Source: Sphingomonadales bacterium
GTDB taxonomy: Bacteria; Bacteroidota; Bacteroidia; UBA7662
Direction of reading: 5' to 3'
Length of the DNA stretch: 64,000 nt
Assembly: GCA_016872215.1 (NCBI GenBank)
Contig: VHAX01000010.1
Location: forward strand, 2,158 to 66,157
Shown here: positions 1-10,488 of the stretch, piece after piece
Numbering within the stretch: the stretch's first letter is position 1
Layout: each line of letters starts with the position of its first letter
The notes under the pieces: generated by a model
What the model was told of the DNA's origin: nothing
Database searches by the model: none
The model's input: only the letters and a program-made list of their open reading frames with translations
Made by a program: the position numbers and the translations under genes

Positions 1-1137
1 ACCTACAACCAAAGTCGGGTGGTCAATATTTATTTCGTGGACCTGGGTTCGATCGGTCTGTGTGGTTATGCAACATACCCCGGAAGTGGTTCCGGCCCCT
101 CGGGAAGTGCGCAGGGTGGATTGATGATGAGTGTGTCCTGTTCTCAATCAGGGAATACTACACTCGCTCATGAAATGGGTCACTATTTCGCGCTCCCGCA
201 CCCCTTCGACGGCACAAGCGGTGCGCCCACTGGCCCATTCTCGGAGCGGGTTACGCGCAACACCAATGAGACGCCCCCTCGATTATCAGCAAATTGCGCC
301 ACCGCGGGTGACCGTTTCTGCGATACAGAAGCGGATTATATCGGCTACCGCTGGAATTGCTTCGGCTTCACCCCATCGGATACCGATAGAAACGGAGATA
401 CTTTTAACCCGGATGCTGCTTTATTTATGTCTTATTCCTACGACAATTGTCAGAACCGCTTCAGCGATCAGCAAATCCAAACCATGCGCTCAACGCTGGC
501 CGGTCCCTCTGCTTCCCGAGGCTACCTGCTACTTCAGCCCCCCTATTTTGTAGACACTTTATTTGGAAGCACCACACCGCTATCACCCATCGCAGGTGGT
601 CCTGCTCAGCCCGCTAACTGGGTACAATTCCGCTGGAGAAAAGTGGAAGGCGCCACCTCCTATATGATACGGATTCGGCGCAACAACCTGAGGGTGACGG
701 ATGTCTTCGTGAATGGGGGCGACACTGCCTTGACCTACACCTTACCAATACTCCAGCCCAATCTGACCTACACCTACACCATTCGTCCCTACAACCCCGG
801 CTGGACCTGTGCCGCGCAAAGCGCTTCCGCCACTTTCACCACCACAACTGGTTATGGTACTTTTATATCTGAATCCTCTTCCTTTAAGTCACTGCAAATC
901 TATCCGACTGTATTAGAAGGCGGTAACAGAAAACTAATGATACAACTCGACGCTGAGGAATTAAGAAGCTTTGCACTTTATGATGCTGCAGGTCGACAAG
1001 TTCATATGATTAACCTATCGAGCCCGCAAGGAGAAAGAATGGAAACAGAGCTGAATCCGATTCCTGCCGGGCTCTACCATGTACGCGCTACAGGCATCTC
1101 CGGACAGAACTATCTGTCGAAGATCATCGTGCAGTAA
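1..1137 (+). CDS. M43 (pappalysin/cytophagalysin-like) zinc metalloprotease, Fn3-like middle region and T9SS C-terminal sorting domain; 5-prime partial (frame open to window start)
   Basis: HEMGHYFALPHPFDG is an HExxHxxGxxH zinc-binding motif. The C-terminal ~80 aa (LQIYPTVL...GLYHVRAT...KIIVQ) look like a Por/T9SS type A CTD. There is no stop between nt 1 and the annotated M at 19. Confidence 0.75.
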   Translation, partial: TYNQSRVVNIYFVDLGSIGLCGYATYPGSGSGPSGSAQGGLMMSVSCSQSGNTTLAHEMGHYFALPHPFDGTSGAPTGPFSERVTRNTNETPPRLSANCATAGDRFCDTEADYIGYRWNCFGFTPSDTDRNGDTFNPDAALFMSYSYDNCQNRFSDQQIQTMRSTLAGPSASRGYLLLQPPYFVDTLFGSTTPLSPIAGGPAQPANWVQFRWRKVEGATSYMIRIRRNNLRVTDVFVNGGDTALTYTLPILQPNLTYTYTIRPYNPGWTCAAQSASATFTTTTGYGTFISESSSFKSLQIYPTVLEGGNRKLMIQLDAEELRSFALYDAAGRQVHMINLSSPQGERMETELNPIPAGLYHVRATGISGQNYLSKIIVQ

Positions 1138-1187
1138 AGTATATACGAAATCAACGGTCAGACTCCTAAGGAGATGTCCCATTCGAA

Positions 1188-1718
1188 TCAAAACGCCAGA
1201 AACTGCTCGACCTGAATCTGAATTTGGCTGAGATATTCGGGGTTGACCAAAACCCCGTCTGTTATGTATTTCCCAATGTCTATGAGACGCGGACGAAAAG
1301 CAAGGGTATGAACCCCGGCGTAATTGAGCACATCGGCGAAATGGCTCATAGCCAAAGCTGAACCCTGGGTACCATCCGATAATCCCAACATACAGGCCTT
1401 TTTCCCCCTGAGGCTATCAGGGTATTCGAGTGCATCGATCCACACCTTCAAAATCCCGGGAAATGAGCCATTGTATTCAGGTATTACAAAAATGAATTTC
1501 CGGGCAGCATAAACGCGCTTTTGAATCGAATCCCAAACTTCATTTGGAATCCGTGGACTGCGGTAGAGGGTCGTTTCCAGAATGGATGTCGGAATCTGGT
1601 CGAGTGACAACAAATCCGCTTCCACGCCCCTATCCAAAAGACATCGGCAATACTGCTCGGAAACCAATCTTGAACGTGAATGCACCCGACTAGTGGATGC
1701 CACTACTATGTAGTCCAC
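1188..1718 (-). CDS. NAD(P)H-dependent FMN reductase-like flavoprotein
   Basis: 176 aa with flavodoxin-like reductase signatures (FIFVIPEYNGSFPGILKVWID). It starts directly after the clpX stop. Confidence 0.55.
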   Translation of the reverse strand: MDYIVVASTSRVHSRSRLVSEQYCRCLLDRGVEADLLSLDQIPTSILETTLYRSPRIPNEVWDSIQKRVYAARKFIFVIPEYNGSFPGILKVWIDALEYPDSLRGKKACMLGLSDGTQGSALAMSHFADVLNYAGVHTLAFRPRLIDIGKYITDGVLVNPEYLSQIQIQVEQFLAF

Positions 1719-2963
1719 TTAGCCTGCCGCCCGTAACTTGCTGAAACCCGAGGTCGAAAACTGATTGCGGGCGTAGGACAACGTCACTACAAACTCCGAG
1801 GGCTTGGGGCTGGTTGTCGGAAGAGAGAACATAGCGTCGAGTAATATGGCCTCCAAAATGGAGCGAAGGCCTCGGGCCCCCAATTTCAGTTCCATAGCCT
1901 GTTCCACTACAAATTCGAGTACGTCATCTGGCACCACCAATCGGATATCCTCCAAAGAGAACAAATGCTCATATTGTCGCAGAAGCGCATTCTTCGGCTG
2001 GGTAAGGATAATCTTCAACGTTTCCTTGTCGAGGGGATTTAGATGGGTCACCACCGGAAGCCTGCCCAGCAATTCAGGGATCAAACCATACGACTTGAGG
2101 TCGACCGGCTGAACACATTGCAGCAAATGGGCCGCTTCCGCATCCTTGCCACTACCATGTCGCAGATACCCAATGGAACTCACACGTACCCTCCGGGCAA
2201 TGATCTTCTCCAATCCATCGAATGCACCTCCGCAAATAAATAAAATATGACGGGTGTCGACCTGCACAAATTTCTGCTCGGGGTGCTTGCGACCACCCTG
2301 AGGGGGCACATTCACCACCGTGCCTTCCAACATCTTCAGCAGAGCTTGCTGTACGCCTTCACCAGAAACGTCACGGGTAATGGAAGGGTTATCGGCCTTG
2401 CGGGCAATTTTATCGATTTCATCGAGGTATACGATACCCCGTTGAGCCGACTCCACATCATAATCGGCCACCTGAAGCAGACGGGTCAGTATGCTCTCCA
2501 CATCCTCCCCAACATAACCCGCTTCGGTGAAAACGGTAGCATCGGCTATGCAAAAAGGCACATTCAACAAACGGGCGATGGAACGCGCAAGGAGGGTCTT
2601 GCCGGTACCCGTTTCACCCACGAGCATGATATTCGACTTCTCGATCTCTATATCGGAATGTTGACTTTGATTTATGCGCTTGTAGTGATTGTAGACTGCT
2701 ACTGCCAGGTGGCGTTTGGCCTCATCCTGACCCACTACATAGGCATCAAGATGATCCTTGATGAGAGTAGGACGAAGATTGGCGAACTGCCGGTGGCTGG
2801 TTTTACCCGACTTACCCACATGCCGTTCCTCCTGCGCCCGTACGATCTCACCCGCCTGTACCACACATTGGTCACAGATATGCGCCTCCATACCTGCCAC
2901 CAGTACCTTGGCCTGTTCTTTCTCCTTTCCGCAAAAAGAGCAATGAATTTTGTTTCTGGGCAT
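1719..2963 (-). CDS. clpX: ATP-dependent Clp protease ATP-binding subunit ClpX
   Basis: N-terminal C4 zinc finger (CSFCGK...CDQC), a Walker A motif (GETGTGKT), and ClpX-typical length of 414 aa. Confidence 0.95.
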   Translation of the reverse strand: MPRNKIHCSFCGKEKEQAKVLVAGMEAHICDQCVVQAGEIVRAQEERHVGKSGKTSHRQFANLRPTLIKDHLDAYVVGQDEAKRHLAVAVYNHYKRINQSQHSDIEIEKSNIMLVGETGTGKTLLARSIARLLNVPFCIADATVFTEAGYVGEDVESILTRLLQVADYDVESAQRGIVYLDEIDKIARKADNPSITRDVSGEGVQQALLKMLEGTVVNVPPQGGRKHPEQKFVQVDTRHILFICGGAFDGLEKIIARRVRVSSIGYLRHGSGKDAEAAHLLQCVQPVDLKSYGLIPELLGRLPVVTHLNPLDKETLKIILTQPKNALLRQYEHLFSLEDIRLVVPDDVLEFVVEQAMELKLGARGLRSILEAILLDAMFSLPTTSPKPSEFVVTLSYARNQFSTSGFSKLRAAG

Positions 2964-3652
2964 CAGCGTGTCGTTTTCGGATTGCGCACCAGTACTTCAT
3001 CGATCATTCCATAAGCACGCGCCTCCTCTGCACTCATCCAGTAGTCGCGGTCGCTGTCCTGCGTGATTTTTTCAAGGCTCTGACCACTATGGTCGGCCAA
3101 TATCTGGTAGAGCTCATCACGCACCTTAATGGTCTCGCGCAGGGCAATTTCCATTTCGGTAACCTGGCCTTGTGTGCCACTCATGGGTTGGTGGATCATG
3201 ACCCGCGCGTGTTTCAAGGCCGTACGCTTACCCGGGGCACCTGCACAGAGCAATACGGCCGCCATGGAGGCAGCCATACCCGTACAAATTGTAGCCACAT
3301 CGGCATGGATATACTGCATGGTGTCATAGATCCCGAGGCCGGCGTAGACCGAGCCACCGGGACTGTTCACATAGATCTGGATGTCTCGGCTGCTATCCGA
3401 TGAATCCAAAAACAACAGCTGAGCCTGAATGATATTGGCCACTTCACTATTAACGCCAACCCCCATAAAAATGATACGGTCCATCATAAGGCGGGAAAAC
3501 ACATCCATGCTGGCCACATTCATGGGGCGCTCCTCGATGATGTAGGGGGTTAGGGACTCCACCTGGTGGCGAACCACAGCGTCGGTTGTATTTCCACTCA
3601 AACCGAGGCGGCTTGTGGCAAATCGATGAAAATCGCGGGATATTTTGTTCAT
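2963..3652 (-). CDS. clpP: ATP-dependent Clp protease proteolytic subunit ClpP
   Basis: Conserved ClpP core around the active-site Ser (GMAASMAA) with His and Asp context. The stop/start overlaps clpX. Confidence 0.95.
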   Translation of the reverse strand: MNKISRDFHRFATSRLGLSGNTTDAVVRHQVESLTPYIIEERPMNVASMDVFSRLMMDRIIFMGVGVNSEVANIIQAQLLFLDSSDSSRDIQIYVNSPGGSVYAGLGIYDTMQYIHADVATICTGMAASMAAVLLCAGAPGKRTALKHARVMIHQPMSGTQGQVTEMEIALRETIKVRDELYQILADHSGQSLEKITQDSDRDYWMSAEEARAYGMIDEVLVRNPKTTR

Positions 3653-3669
3653 AACAGAATTATTAACGA

Positions 3670-5034
3670 CTATTGTTTATTAAAAGTTTGGATCAGGTTT
3701 CGGTATTCTTCATCCGTAACCAAAACTTCGTTGAGGGTGACCTTGTTCCGAAGCAGATACCCTAGTTTGTTGCGCCGCGCCGTATCTTCCATCCGAAAAC
3801 GGTTGTCCTTGTTTTCGAGGTATTTGTCGGCATACTCCATAAGCGCATTCATATCCTGCCTCATGCCCGACTGCGCAAAATAATCCGCGAGAAAACGAGC
3901 AGCGGTCATCTTCACATCCTCCTCGGTAATATCCCAACCAGCCTCTTCCAATGCCGCCTTCATCTTCATATCTGAACGAAACCATTTTAAAAACGATTGA
4001 AATGAATCCTCATGCTGGTCGGCAGACTGGACGTCGGCCGTCGACTGGTACAACTTGCTCAAATAGGAAATGGGCAAATCAAAATCATCCTCATTGAGAT
4101 AATCCTTCATCAAACGGGCACGGAGGAAATCTTCCGAACTTTCCACGAGTTTCTCGGTCAGCATATCCCGAATGCGCCCCTCAAATTCTGCCTGATCGGC
4201 CGGGGGATTGCCTTCGAACGCCTTTTCATATAACTCAGGACCCAGTTCGGCTAATCCCTCCCGGATCACATAACGAACCTCGAGCCGTAGCTCCTCACCA
4301 GAGGCCGGAATTTTGTCTTCCTCTACCCGCATCAGAGCAGACCATTCTGAGGCCGGCGCCTTCATCAAATGTTTAAGGCTGGTGCGGGTAGAATATCCCT
4401 CCCCTATGCCCGTCAACTCTGTCCGAAGCCCATCATCCGGAATCGAATCCAGGTCGACCGAAAAAGCGGTGAATGGGGGAATGCCCTCCTGAGTGTCACC
4501 GACAGGAAAGCGCGCAAGACGAATCATCAGGCGATCCTCGGCCTGAGAGGTCGATGGATAGGGATTCTCAAAAAAACGACGGCGCAAATGGACAACCTGT
4601 TCCTCAACCTGCTCATCGGAAGGTGTTATTTTATGCAGATCATACACTTCGGTTCTTAAGCCAGTTGAGAATTCGGGCCTTAGTCCGATCGAAAAGGCAT
4701 ATTCAAAGTCCGGCATCACGGATACCCCATCCTGCTCACCGAGTTCTGTGTGGGTCTCCTGCACGGGTCGTGCAATCAGATTCCAACCTTGTTTGGTAAT
4801 GTATTGCTCCAGACCTTCCGAGGTTACTTCTGTCAGTGTGTCGTGGAGCACGTGCCTGCCCACTGACCGCTTGATGAGTCCAACCGGAGCCATTCCTTTC
4901 CGAAATCCGGGAAAAGCAGAATCTCTTCGGTAGGCCGAAAGTCCCTTTTTATACTTGTCGATGTAGTCGGACTCCGTAACGGAAAGATGAACTCGAAGGT
5001 CGAGTGCCGTTTCTTGTTCGTGACTGATGTTCAT
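3670..5034 (-). CDS. tig: Trigger factor
   Basis: Trigger-factor N-terminal ribosome-binding region (GFRKGMAP motif) with the canonical tig-clpP-clpX order. I placed the start at MNISHEQ (5034) rather than the ORF-track start at 5076. Confidence 0.88.
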   Translation of the reverse strand: MNISHEQETALDLRVHLSVTESDYIDKYKKGLSAYRRDSAFPGFRKGMAPVGLIKRSVGRHVLHDTLTEVTSEGLEQYITKQGWNLIARPVQETHTELGEQDGVSVMPDFEYAFSIGLRPEFSTGLRTEVYDLHKITPSDEQVEEQVVHLRRRFFENPYPSTSQAEDRLMIRLARFPVGDTQEGIPPFTAFSVDLDSIPDDGLRTELTGIGEGYSTRTSLKHLMKAPASEWSALMRVEEDKIPASGEELRLEVRYVIREGLAELGPELYEKAFEGNPPADQAEFEGRIRDMLTEKLVESSEDFLRARLMKDYLNEDDFDLPISYLSKLYQSTADVQSADQHEDSFQSFLKWFRSDMKMKAALEEAGWDITEEDVKMTAARFLADYFAQSGMRQDMNALMEYADKYLENKDNRFRMEDTARRNKLGYLLRNKVTLNEVLVTDEEYRNLIQTFNKQ

Positions 5035-5127
5035 AGGCGGTTCAGCAAGAATATCGGAGGGTCGAAACATAAGCACAATCGGCTATACAGACAACCCCGT
5101 CGGATTTCAGATTCAATTATAATGAAG

Positions 5128-5209
5128 TGCGGATGGAGGGACTCGAACCCACACGCCTTGCGGCACCAGATCCTAAGTCTGGCACGTCTACCAATTTCGC
5201 CACATCCGC
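5128..5209 (-). tRNA. tRNA-Leu (anticodon TAG), long variable arm
   Basis: The minus-strand read GCGGATGTGGCGAAATTGGTAGACGTGCCAGACTTAGGATCTGG...CATCCGCA has a perfect 7-bp acceptor stem. The anticodon loop is CTTAGGA and the variable arm forms a hairpin. Confidence 0.85.
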
Positions 5210-5299
5210 AAATATTCAAACCTGTTTTTCAGAACCAGCCATCTGCGCACCGGCGGTTCCAGGTATAACGCAGTAGTTTATCCACAAATAACAAGGGTG

Positions 5300-5307
5300 C
5301 AAAGATA
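5300..5307 (-). promoter_or_regulatory. Bacteroidetes sigma-A -7 box TATCTTTG (within extended motif TTATCTTTGCACCCTT) upstream of tRNA-Leu
   Basis: On the minus strand TAtcTTTG matches the TAnnTTTG consensus. It lies about 90 nt upstream of the mature tRNA 5-prime end. Confidence 0.5.
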
Positions 5308-5394
5308 ATCAAATACCCCTCAAAATTTAAAAAATCCGTAGATTTACCGAAGAACCCTTCCCCCACCCAAAAGCAAGTAAACCAAAAACAGCAC

Positions 5395-7653
5395 GTGGAA
5401 ATCCCAAACGAGTCACTTGTTGAACGTCCGGCCGACCAGATTTCAGAGGCCGAAACGGAAAGGCAGGAAATACTCCGAAGATACCGTCGACTGCTGCGGG
5501 CCATGCGTCCGTTTTTGAAGAAGGGTGACAAAAAACAGGTTCGTTCTGCCTTTGAAATGGCTTTGGAGGCTCACGCGAACACCCGCCGCAAATCGGGCGA
5601 ACCCTACATCTATCACCCGCTGGAAGTCGCCCGGATCACCATTGAAGAAATCGGACTGGGTACTACCTCAGCCATCTGCGCCCTGCTCCATGATGTGGTA
5701 GAGGATACCGATACGCGGCTCAACGATATCGAACGAGAATTCGGTAATGTGGTGGCCCGGATTATCGATGGCCTGACCAAAATATCGGGACTCTACAACC
5801 GGCACACGAATCCATCCGAACAGGCAGAAAACTACCGAAAAATGCTCCTGACGCTGGCCGACGATGTTCGGGTGATCCTGATCAAAATGGCCGACCGACT
5901 CCACAACATGCGGACCCTCGAAAGTATGAGCAAGGAAAAACAGCTCAAAATCGCCTCCGAAACTACGTTTTTATTCGCTCCCCTAGCCCATAGGCTGGGG
6001 CTCTACGCCATTAAATCGGAGCTCGAGGACCTCTCCCTGAAATACACCCACACAGAAATTTACCGCGACATAGCCCGCAAGTTGCAGGAAACAAAAGCCC
6101 GCCGTGATCGCTTTATTCGCGAGTTCATTGAACCGGTGCGGGTAGCCATGAATAGTACTGGACTGCAATTCGATATTAGGGGTAGGCCCAAATCGATTGT
6201 GAGCATTTGGAACAAGATGCAAAAACAAGGCATCACCTTCGAGCAAGTCTATGATCTGTTTGCCATACGGATCATTTTGGACAGCCGGCCCGAATTCGAA
6301 AAAGCCGACTGCTGGCGAGCCTATTCGGTCGTAACAGACCTGTATCATCCCAACCCGAACCGACTGCGTGACTGGATATCAACCCCAAAAGCCAATGGCT
6401 ATGAATCGTTGCACACTACTGTAATGGGCCCTGGAGGCCGCTGGGTGGAAGTGCAGATCCGAACCCGGCGCATGAACGAAATAGCAGAAAAGGGACTCGC
6501 CGCGCATTGGAAATACAAAGACGGACAAAGTGACAGCGCCTTCGATGAATGGCTGCGCCGCATACGGGATGTGTTAGATAATCCGGAACCCAATGCCCTG
6601 GAGTTCATCGACGAGTTCAAATTGCAACTCTACGCCAAGGATGTGTTCGCATTCACCCCCAAGGGCGATCTGATTAAATTGCCAGGCGGAGCTACGGCAC
6701 TGGATTTTGCCTTCGAAATCCACACAGACATCGGAATGAAATGCATCGGAGCCAAGGCCAACCACAAAATCGTCCCCCTGAGTTATCCCCTTAAAAACGG
6801 AGACCAGGTAGAGATTCTGACCTCGGGCATCCAAAAACCACGAGCAGATTGGCTTGGCTTCGTTACAACTGCCAAGGCCCGCAACAAAATAAGACATGCT
6901 CTTCGCGAGCACAAAAGAGAGTCGGCCGCAGAGGGTAAAACACAACTCGAACGGAAGATGAGACAATGGAAAATGGCAGGTGGCGAAGAACTTCACCAAA
7001 AACTGGCAACCCATTTCAAAGCCAGCTCTCTGCTCGATTTTTATCAACTCATCGCCATCGATCGCATCACTTTTAATGAAATTCAGACCTTTGTTTCACG
7101 CGAGAATCAACAGGAAACCAAAGCAAAGGCCCCACGGCTCGACGGAAGCAACTTCGAGAAAATGGTGCGTTCGAGCAATCTGTCAACCGATGATATGCTC
7201 ATGATTGACGGCAACATTCAGAAGATCGACTACCAGCTCGCAAATTGTTGCCACCCCATTCCCGGCGATGAAATTTTCGGGTTTGTCACCGTCAGCGAAG
7301 GAATCAAAATCCATCGGGTCAATTGTCCGAACGCCGTCAACCTGCTTTCCAAATACAGCTACCGGGTCGTAAAGGCCAAATGGACCCTGGCCTCAGAAGT
7401 GAGTTTTCTAGCGGGCATCAAAATCACAGGTATCGATGATGTGGGCATTATCAAGAATATCAGTGATGTTATTTCTGGTGATTTGAAGGTGAACATGCGC
7501 TCCATCAGCGTGGTATCCAACGACGGGATTTTCGAAGGCACTATAATGGTGTATGTCAACGATACCCGGCAACTCGATATGCTCATCAAAAAACTCAAAG
7601 CGGTGAAAGGCATCCAAACTATCGAGCGGATTGAAGCTACTTCTGAGGATTGA
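5395..7653 (+). CDS. spoT: Bifunctional (p)ppGpp synthetase/hydrolase (RelA/SpoT homolog, RSH)
   Basis: HD hydrolase motif (HDVVEDT), a synthetase domain, and TGS/ACT-like C-terminal regions in 752 aa. Confidence 0.9.
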   Translation: MEIPNESLVERPADQISEAETERQEILRRYRRLLRAMRPFLKKGDKKQVRSAFEMALEAHANTRRKSGEPYIYHPLEVARITIEEIGLGTTSAICALLHDVVEDTDTRLNDIEREFGNVVARIIDGLTKISGLYNRHTNPSEQAENYRKMLLTLADDVRVILIKMADRLHNMRTLESMSKEKQLKIASETTFLFAPLAHRLGLYAIKSELEDLSLKYTHTEIYRDIARKLQETKARRDRFIREFIEPVRVAMNSTGLQFDIRGRPKSIVSIWNKMQKQGITFEQVYDLFAIRIILDSRPEFEKADCWRAYSVVTDLYHPNPNRLRDWISTPKANGYESLHTTVMGPGGRWVEVQIRTRRMNEIAEKGLAAHWKYKDGQSDSAFDEWLRRIRDVLDNPEPNALEFIDEFKLQLYAKDVFAFTPKGDLIKLPGGATALDFAFEIHTDIGMKCIGAKANHKIVPLSYPLKNGDQVEILTSGIQKPRADWLGFVTTAKARNKIRHALREHKRESAAEGKTQLERKMRQWKMAGGEELHQKLATHFKASSLLDFYQLIAIDRITFNEIQTFVSRENQQETKAKAPRLDGSNFEKMVRSSNLSTDDMLMIDGNIQKIDYQLANCCHPIPGDEIFGFVTVSEGIKIHRVNCPNAVNLLSKYSYRVVKAKWTLASEVSFLAGIKITGIDDVGIIKNISDVISGDLKVNMRSISVVSNDGIFEGTIMVYVNDTRQLDMLIKKLKAVKGIQTIERIEATSED

Positions 7654-7784
7654 GTTGATCCTGTTTTACCCACCACGTATCCACCCAACATTCAGCTTTT
7701 CGGTTATTTTTGCCCCCTTGATTTTCAACCACCCAAAGCCTTTCCCCTCTTCCCCTTATCTTGCCCTTTTATGACTGCAGAAAT

Positions 7785-9050
7785 ATGAAAGTGGATGTAA
7801 TTCTTGGACTGCAGTGGGGCGATGAAGGCAAAGGGAAGTTGGTTGATGTCATTTGTCCGTCCTACCCCATTATTGCCCGCTTTCAGGGTGGGCCCAATGC
7901 TGGGCATTCGCTAGTGATCCACGGAAAAAAAATGGTGCTCAACACCATTCCTTCCGGGATCTTCCGAAATGGCAGCACCAACGTGGCGGGAAGTGGGATG
8001 GTGTTGAATCCGGTCGGAATGCTGCGCGAGATCAAACAGCTGGAGTCTTTAGGAATCCCCGTAAAAGAGCGTTTGGTTCTCTCACGCCGCGCGCACCTGA
8101 TTCTCCCAACGCACCCTCTTCTCGATTCGGCCCTGGAACAGGTAAAGGGTGATGATAAAATCGGAAGTACCCTGAAAGGAATCGGCCCGGCCTATTCCGA
8201 CAAAACCGCGCGACAAGGGATTCGTTTGGGCGACCTCGATAATGGTCGGCTCGAACCAAACTTCCGGGAGCAAATAGCCCGTCACACCAACGAACTGATG
8301 CGTTTTGGAGCCGATTTGTCGCAGCTCGATACGCTGTGCGACGAGTGGATGAGGAGCCTGGACGAAATCGCTACCTATACCCGAACCGACACAGAATTCT
8401 ACCTCAATAATGAATTGGATCGGGGGGTACCGATCCTCGCAGAAGGGGCTCAGGGCACCTTGCTCGATCTGGAATTTGGTTCATATCCGTTTGTTACCTC
8501 CTCCCACACCACCGTAGCGGGTGTGTGCTCAGGATTGGGCGTGGCTCCGCATCGAATCGGAAAAGTGATGGGTATTTTTAAAGCATATTGCACCCGTGTA
8601 GGCAGCGGACCCTTTCCTACGGAGCTCAATAACGAAACGGGCGAATTTTTGCGGCAAACCGGCCACGAATTTGGCGCCACCACAGGCCGCCCGCGCCGAT
8701 GCGGCTGGATCGATCTGCCCGCCCTTCGCTATGCCATCATGCTCAACGGGGTAACAGATCTCATCATGACCAAGGCGGATGTTTTGAGTGAACTTACGGA
8801 AATTGGCGTGTGCACCCATTACCGCACATCTGCTGGGCAAACTTCCCATTTACCGGCCGATTTGGAAGGGGTAGAGCCCGTTTTTCGGATGATTCCAGGC
8901 TGGCATCATTCCCTAACAGAATCTACATCCGAAGATTCATTGCCCCCCCAACTTCTTCACTACATAGATTTGCTCGAAGAGGAATTGAATCGGCCCATTC
9001 GAATCGTATCCGTGGGCCCCGACCGGCGGCAAACCATTCACAGGGGATAA
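7785..9050 (+). CDS. purA: Adenylosuccinate synthetase
   Basis: MKVDVILGLQWGDEGKGK P-loop and GIGPAY motifs. I chose the start at MKVD rather than the upstream M of the ORF track. A TATTTTTG -7 box lies about 75 nt upstream. Confidence 0.93.
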   Translation: MKVDVILGLQWGDEGKGKLVDVICPSYPIIARFQGGPNAGHSLVIHGKKMVLNTIPSGIFRNGSTNVAGSGMVLNPVGMLREIKQLESLGIPVKERLVLSRRAHLILPTHPLLDSALEQVKGDDKIGSTLKGIGPAYSDKTARQGIRLGDLDNGRLEPNFREQIARHTNELMRFGADLSQLDTLCDEWMRSLDEIATYTRTDTEFYLNNELDRGVPILAEGAQGTLLDLEFGSYPFVTSSHTTVAGVCSGLGVAPHRIGKVMGIFKAYCTRVGSGPFPTELNNETGEFLRQTGHEFGATTGRPRRCGWIDLPALRYAIMLNGVTDLIMTKADVLSELTEIGVCTHYRTSAGQTSHLPADLEGVEPVFRMIPGWHHSLTESTSEDSLPPQLLHYIDLLEEELNRPIRIVSVGPDRRQTIHRG

Positions 9051-9055
9051 TTCGG

Positions 9056-10471
9056 ATGGAAATACCCCGGATACTCAAAGAGAAGGCCGGTGAGGATGAT
9101 TTTTATCGCCTGCTTAACGAATTCTCGACCTTCCACTCTGTAATCGCCTTATGGTCGCATACACCTAAGCCCACGAATCATTCGGACGTTTTTCCACTGC
9201 ATTACTTTGGCAATGATGGCTGGCTGGCAGCTTCCCGATTGGTGACAACATCAACCCATACCGCACGGAGTTTATCGGATTTGAGGAAAGACGTCAATGG
9301 CAACAAAAATTACCTGTTTGGCTTTTTTTCCTACGATCTCAAAAATGAGCTGGAGGATCTGACCTCAAGGGGAAAAGACTATTTTGAATTTCCATTATTT
9401 TGGTTTTTTGAGCCCGAATTGCTTTTGCGATTTCATAACGGCCGCATTGAATGCGTGAATGCAAACACCGAACTATTCGAACTTTGTGTTCGCCTCTTGA
9501 ATCAAACAGAATCGGATGATGGCACGGAAAACGGAATACCGAAATTACGGGATCATCTAATCTCTTCAATTGTTGGACAGTTGAAGAGAATTAATACGGG
9601 ATCGCACTTAGGGTCGGCTGAAGATTGTTCAACTCCAGATACACACTTCGAACCAGCGCTGTCGTTCGACGAATACAAAAGGAATGTAGAGATCATTCGA
9701 CGCCATATTGCTGCGGGCGATGTCTATGAACTGAATTACTGCATGGAATGGCATGCCAAATTGACTAAAATTTCGCCGCTGGCTATCTGGAAAGCCATGA
9801 ATAAGCGGACCCATGCGCCGTTTTCAGCCTTTGTGCGCATGAACCAGCACTACCTCCTCAGTGCCAGTCCCGAACGCTTCATGTGCAAACACGGAACCCA
9901 GATATATAGTCAACCCATCAAGGGAACTGCCCCCAGGCATAACAATGCAATAACTGATGCAGAGAACGCGCGTCTACTCTCGGAAAACAAAAAAGAAAAA
10001 GCAGAAAATCTAATGATCGTGGATCTCGTACGAAACGACATATCACGCAGCTGCATCGCAGGTTCCGTGGAAGTGCCTGAACTATGCAAGGTTTTTACTC
10101 TGCAAACGGTTCACCAAATGTGCAGCACGATTCGCGGCGAACTCCGGCCGGACATCCATTCGCTGGATGCGCTGCTCGCTGCTTTTCCCATGGGATCCAT
10201 GACCGGGGCGCCGAAAATCAGTGCCATGCAGCTCATCGATCGGATCGAAACCTTCAAAAGAGGTATATTTTCCGGATCAGTTGGTTACTTCACACCCAAT
10301 GGTGATTTCGACTTTAATGTCGTGATTCGCAGTATGATGTACCGCAGCGACACCCAGGAGGCGGTTGTTCGCGCAGGAAGCGCGATAACCTACGATTCAG
10401 TAGCCGAAAAGGAATGGGAAGAGTGCCTTCTGAAAGCGAAAGCCATCATCAACGTGCGGAATAAACAATAG
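9056..10471 (+). CDS. pabB: Chorismate-binding enzyme, aminodeoxychorismate synthase component I-like (PabB/TrpE family)
   Basis: C-terminal chorismate-binding domain motifs (GSMTGAPK, VVRAGSAI) with no glutamine amidotransferase domain. The start is set at MEIPRIL, just after the purA stop, because the longer ORF would overlap purA. Confidence 0.72.
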   Translation: MEIPRILKEKAGEDDFYRLLNEFSTFHSVIALWSHTPKPTNHSDVFPLHYFGNDGWLAASRLVTTSTHTARSLSDLRKDVNGNKNYLFGFFSYDLKNELEDLTSRGKDYFEFPLFWFFEPELLLRFHNGRIECVNANTELFELCVRLLNQTESDDGTENGIPKLRDHLISSIVGQLKRINTGSHLGSAEDCSTPDTHFEPALSFDEYKRNVEIIRRHIAAGDVYELNYCMEWHAKLTKISPLAIWKAMNKRTHAPFSAFVRMNQHYLLSASPERFMCKHGTQIYSQPIKGTAPRHNNAITDAENARLLSENKKEKAENLMIVDLVRNDISRSCIAGSVEVPELCKVFTLQTVHQMCSTIRGELRPDIHSLDALLAAFPMGSMTGAPKISAMQLIDRIETFKRGIFSGSVGYFTPNGDFDFNVVIRSMMYRSDTQEAVVRAGSAITYDSVAEKEWEECLLKAKAIINVRNKQ

Positions 10472-10488
10472 TCTGTGCCGCTGAACGA

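Noticed and set aside
2247-3014. 255-aa ORF antisense to clpX, and many similar 60-250-aa antisense or overlapping ORFs throughout the window (for example 131..553, 4473..4799, 14973..15485, 23185..23802, 29823..30482, 34037..34312, 40883..41455, 50724..51257)
   Set aside because: They lie entirely within strongly supported genes on the opposite strand or in another frame. Their Arg/Ser/Pro-rich composition is typical of GC-rich antisense frames, with no motifs.
8810-9055. N-terminal extension of the pabB-like ORF overlapping the purA 3-prime end by 240 nt
   Set aside because: The extension is low-complexity, Arg-rich and out of character. A good ATG (MEIPRIL) follows 5 nt after the purA stop.
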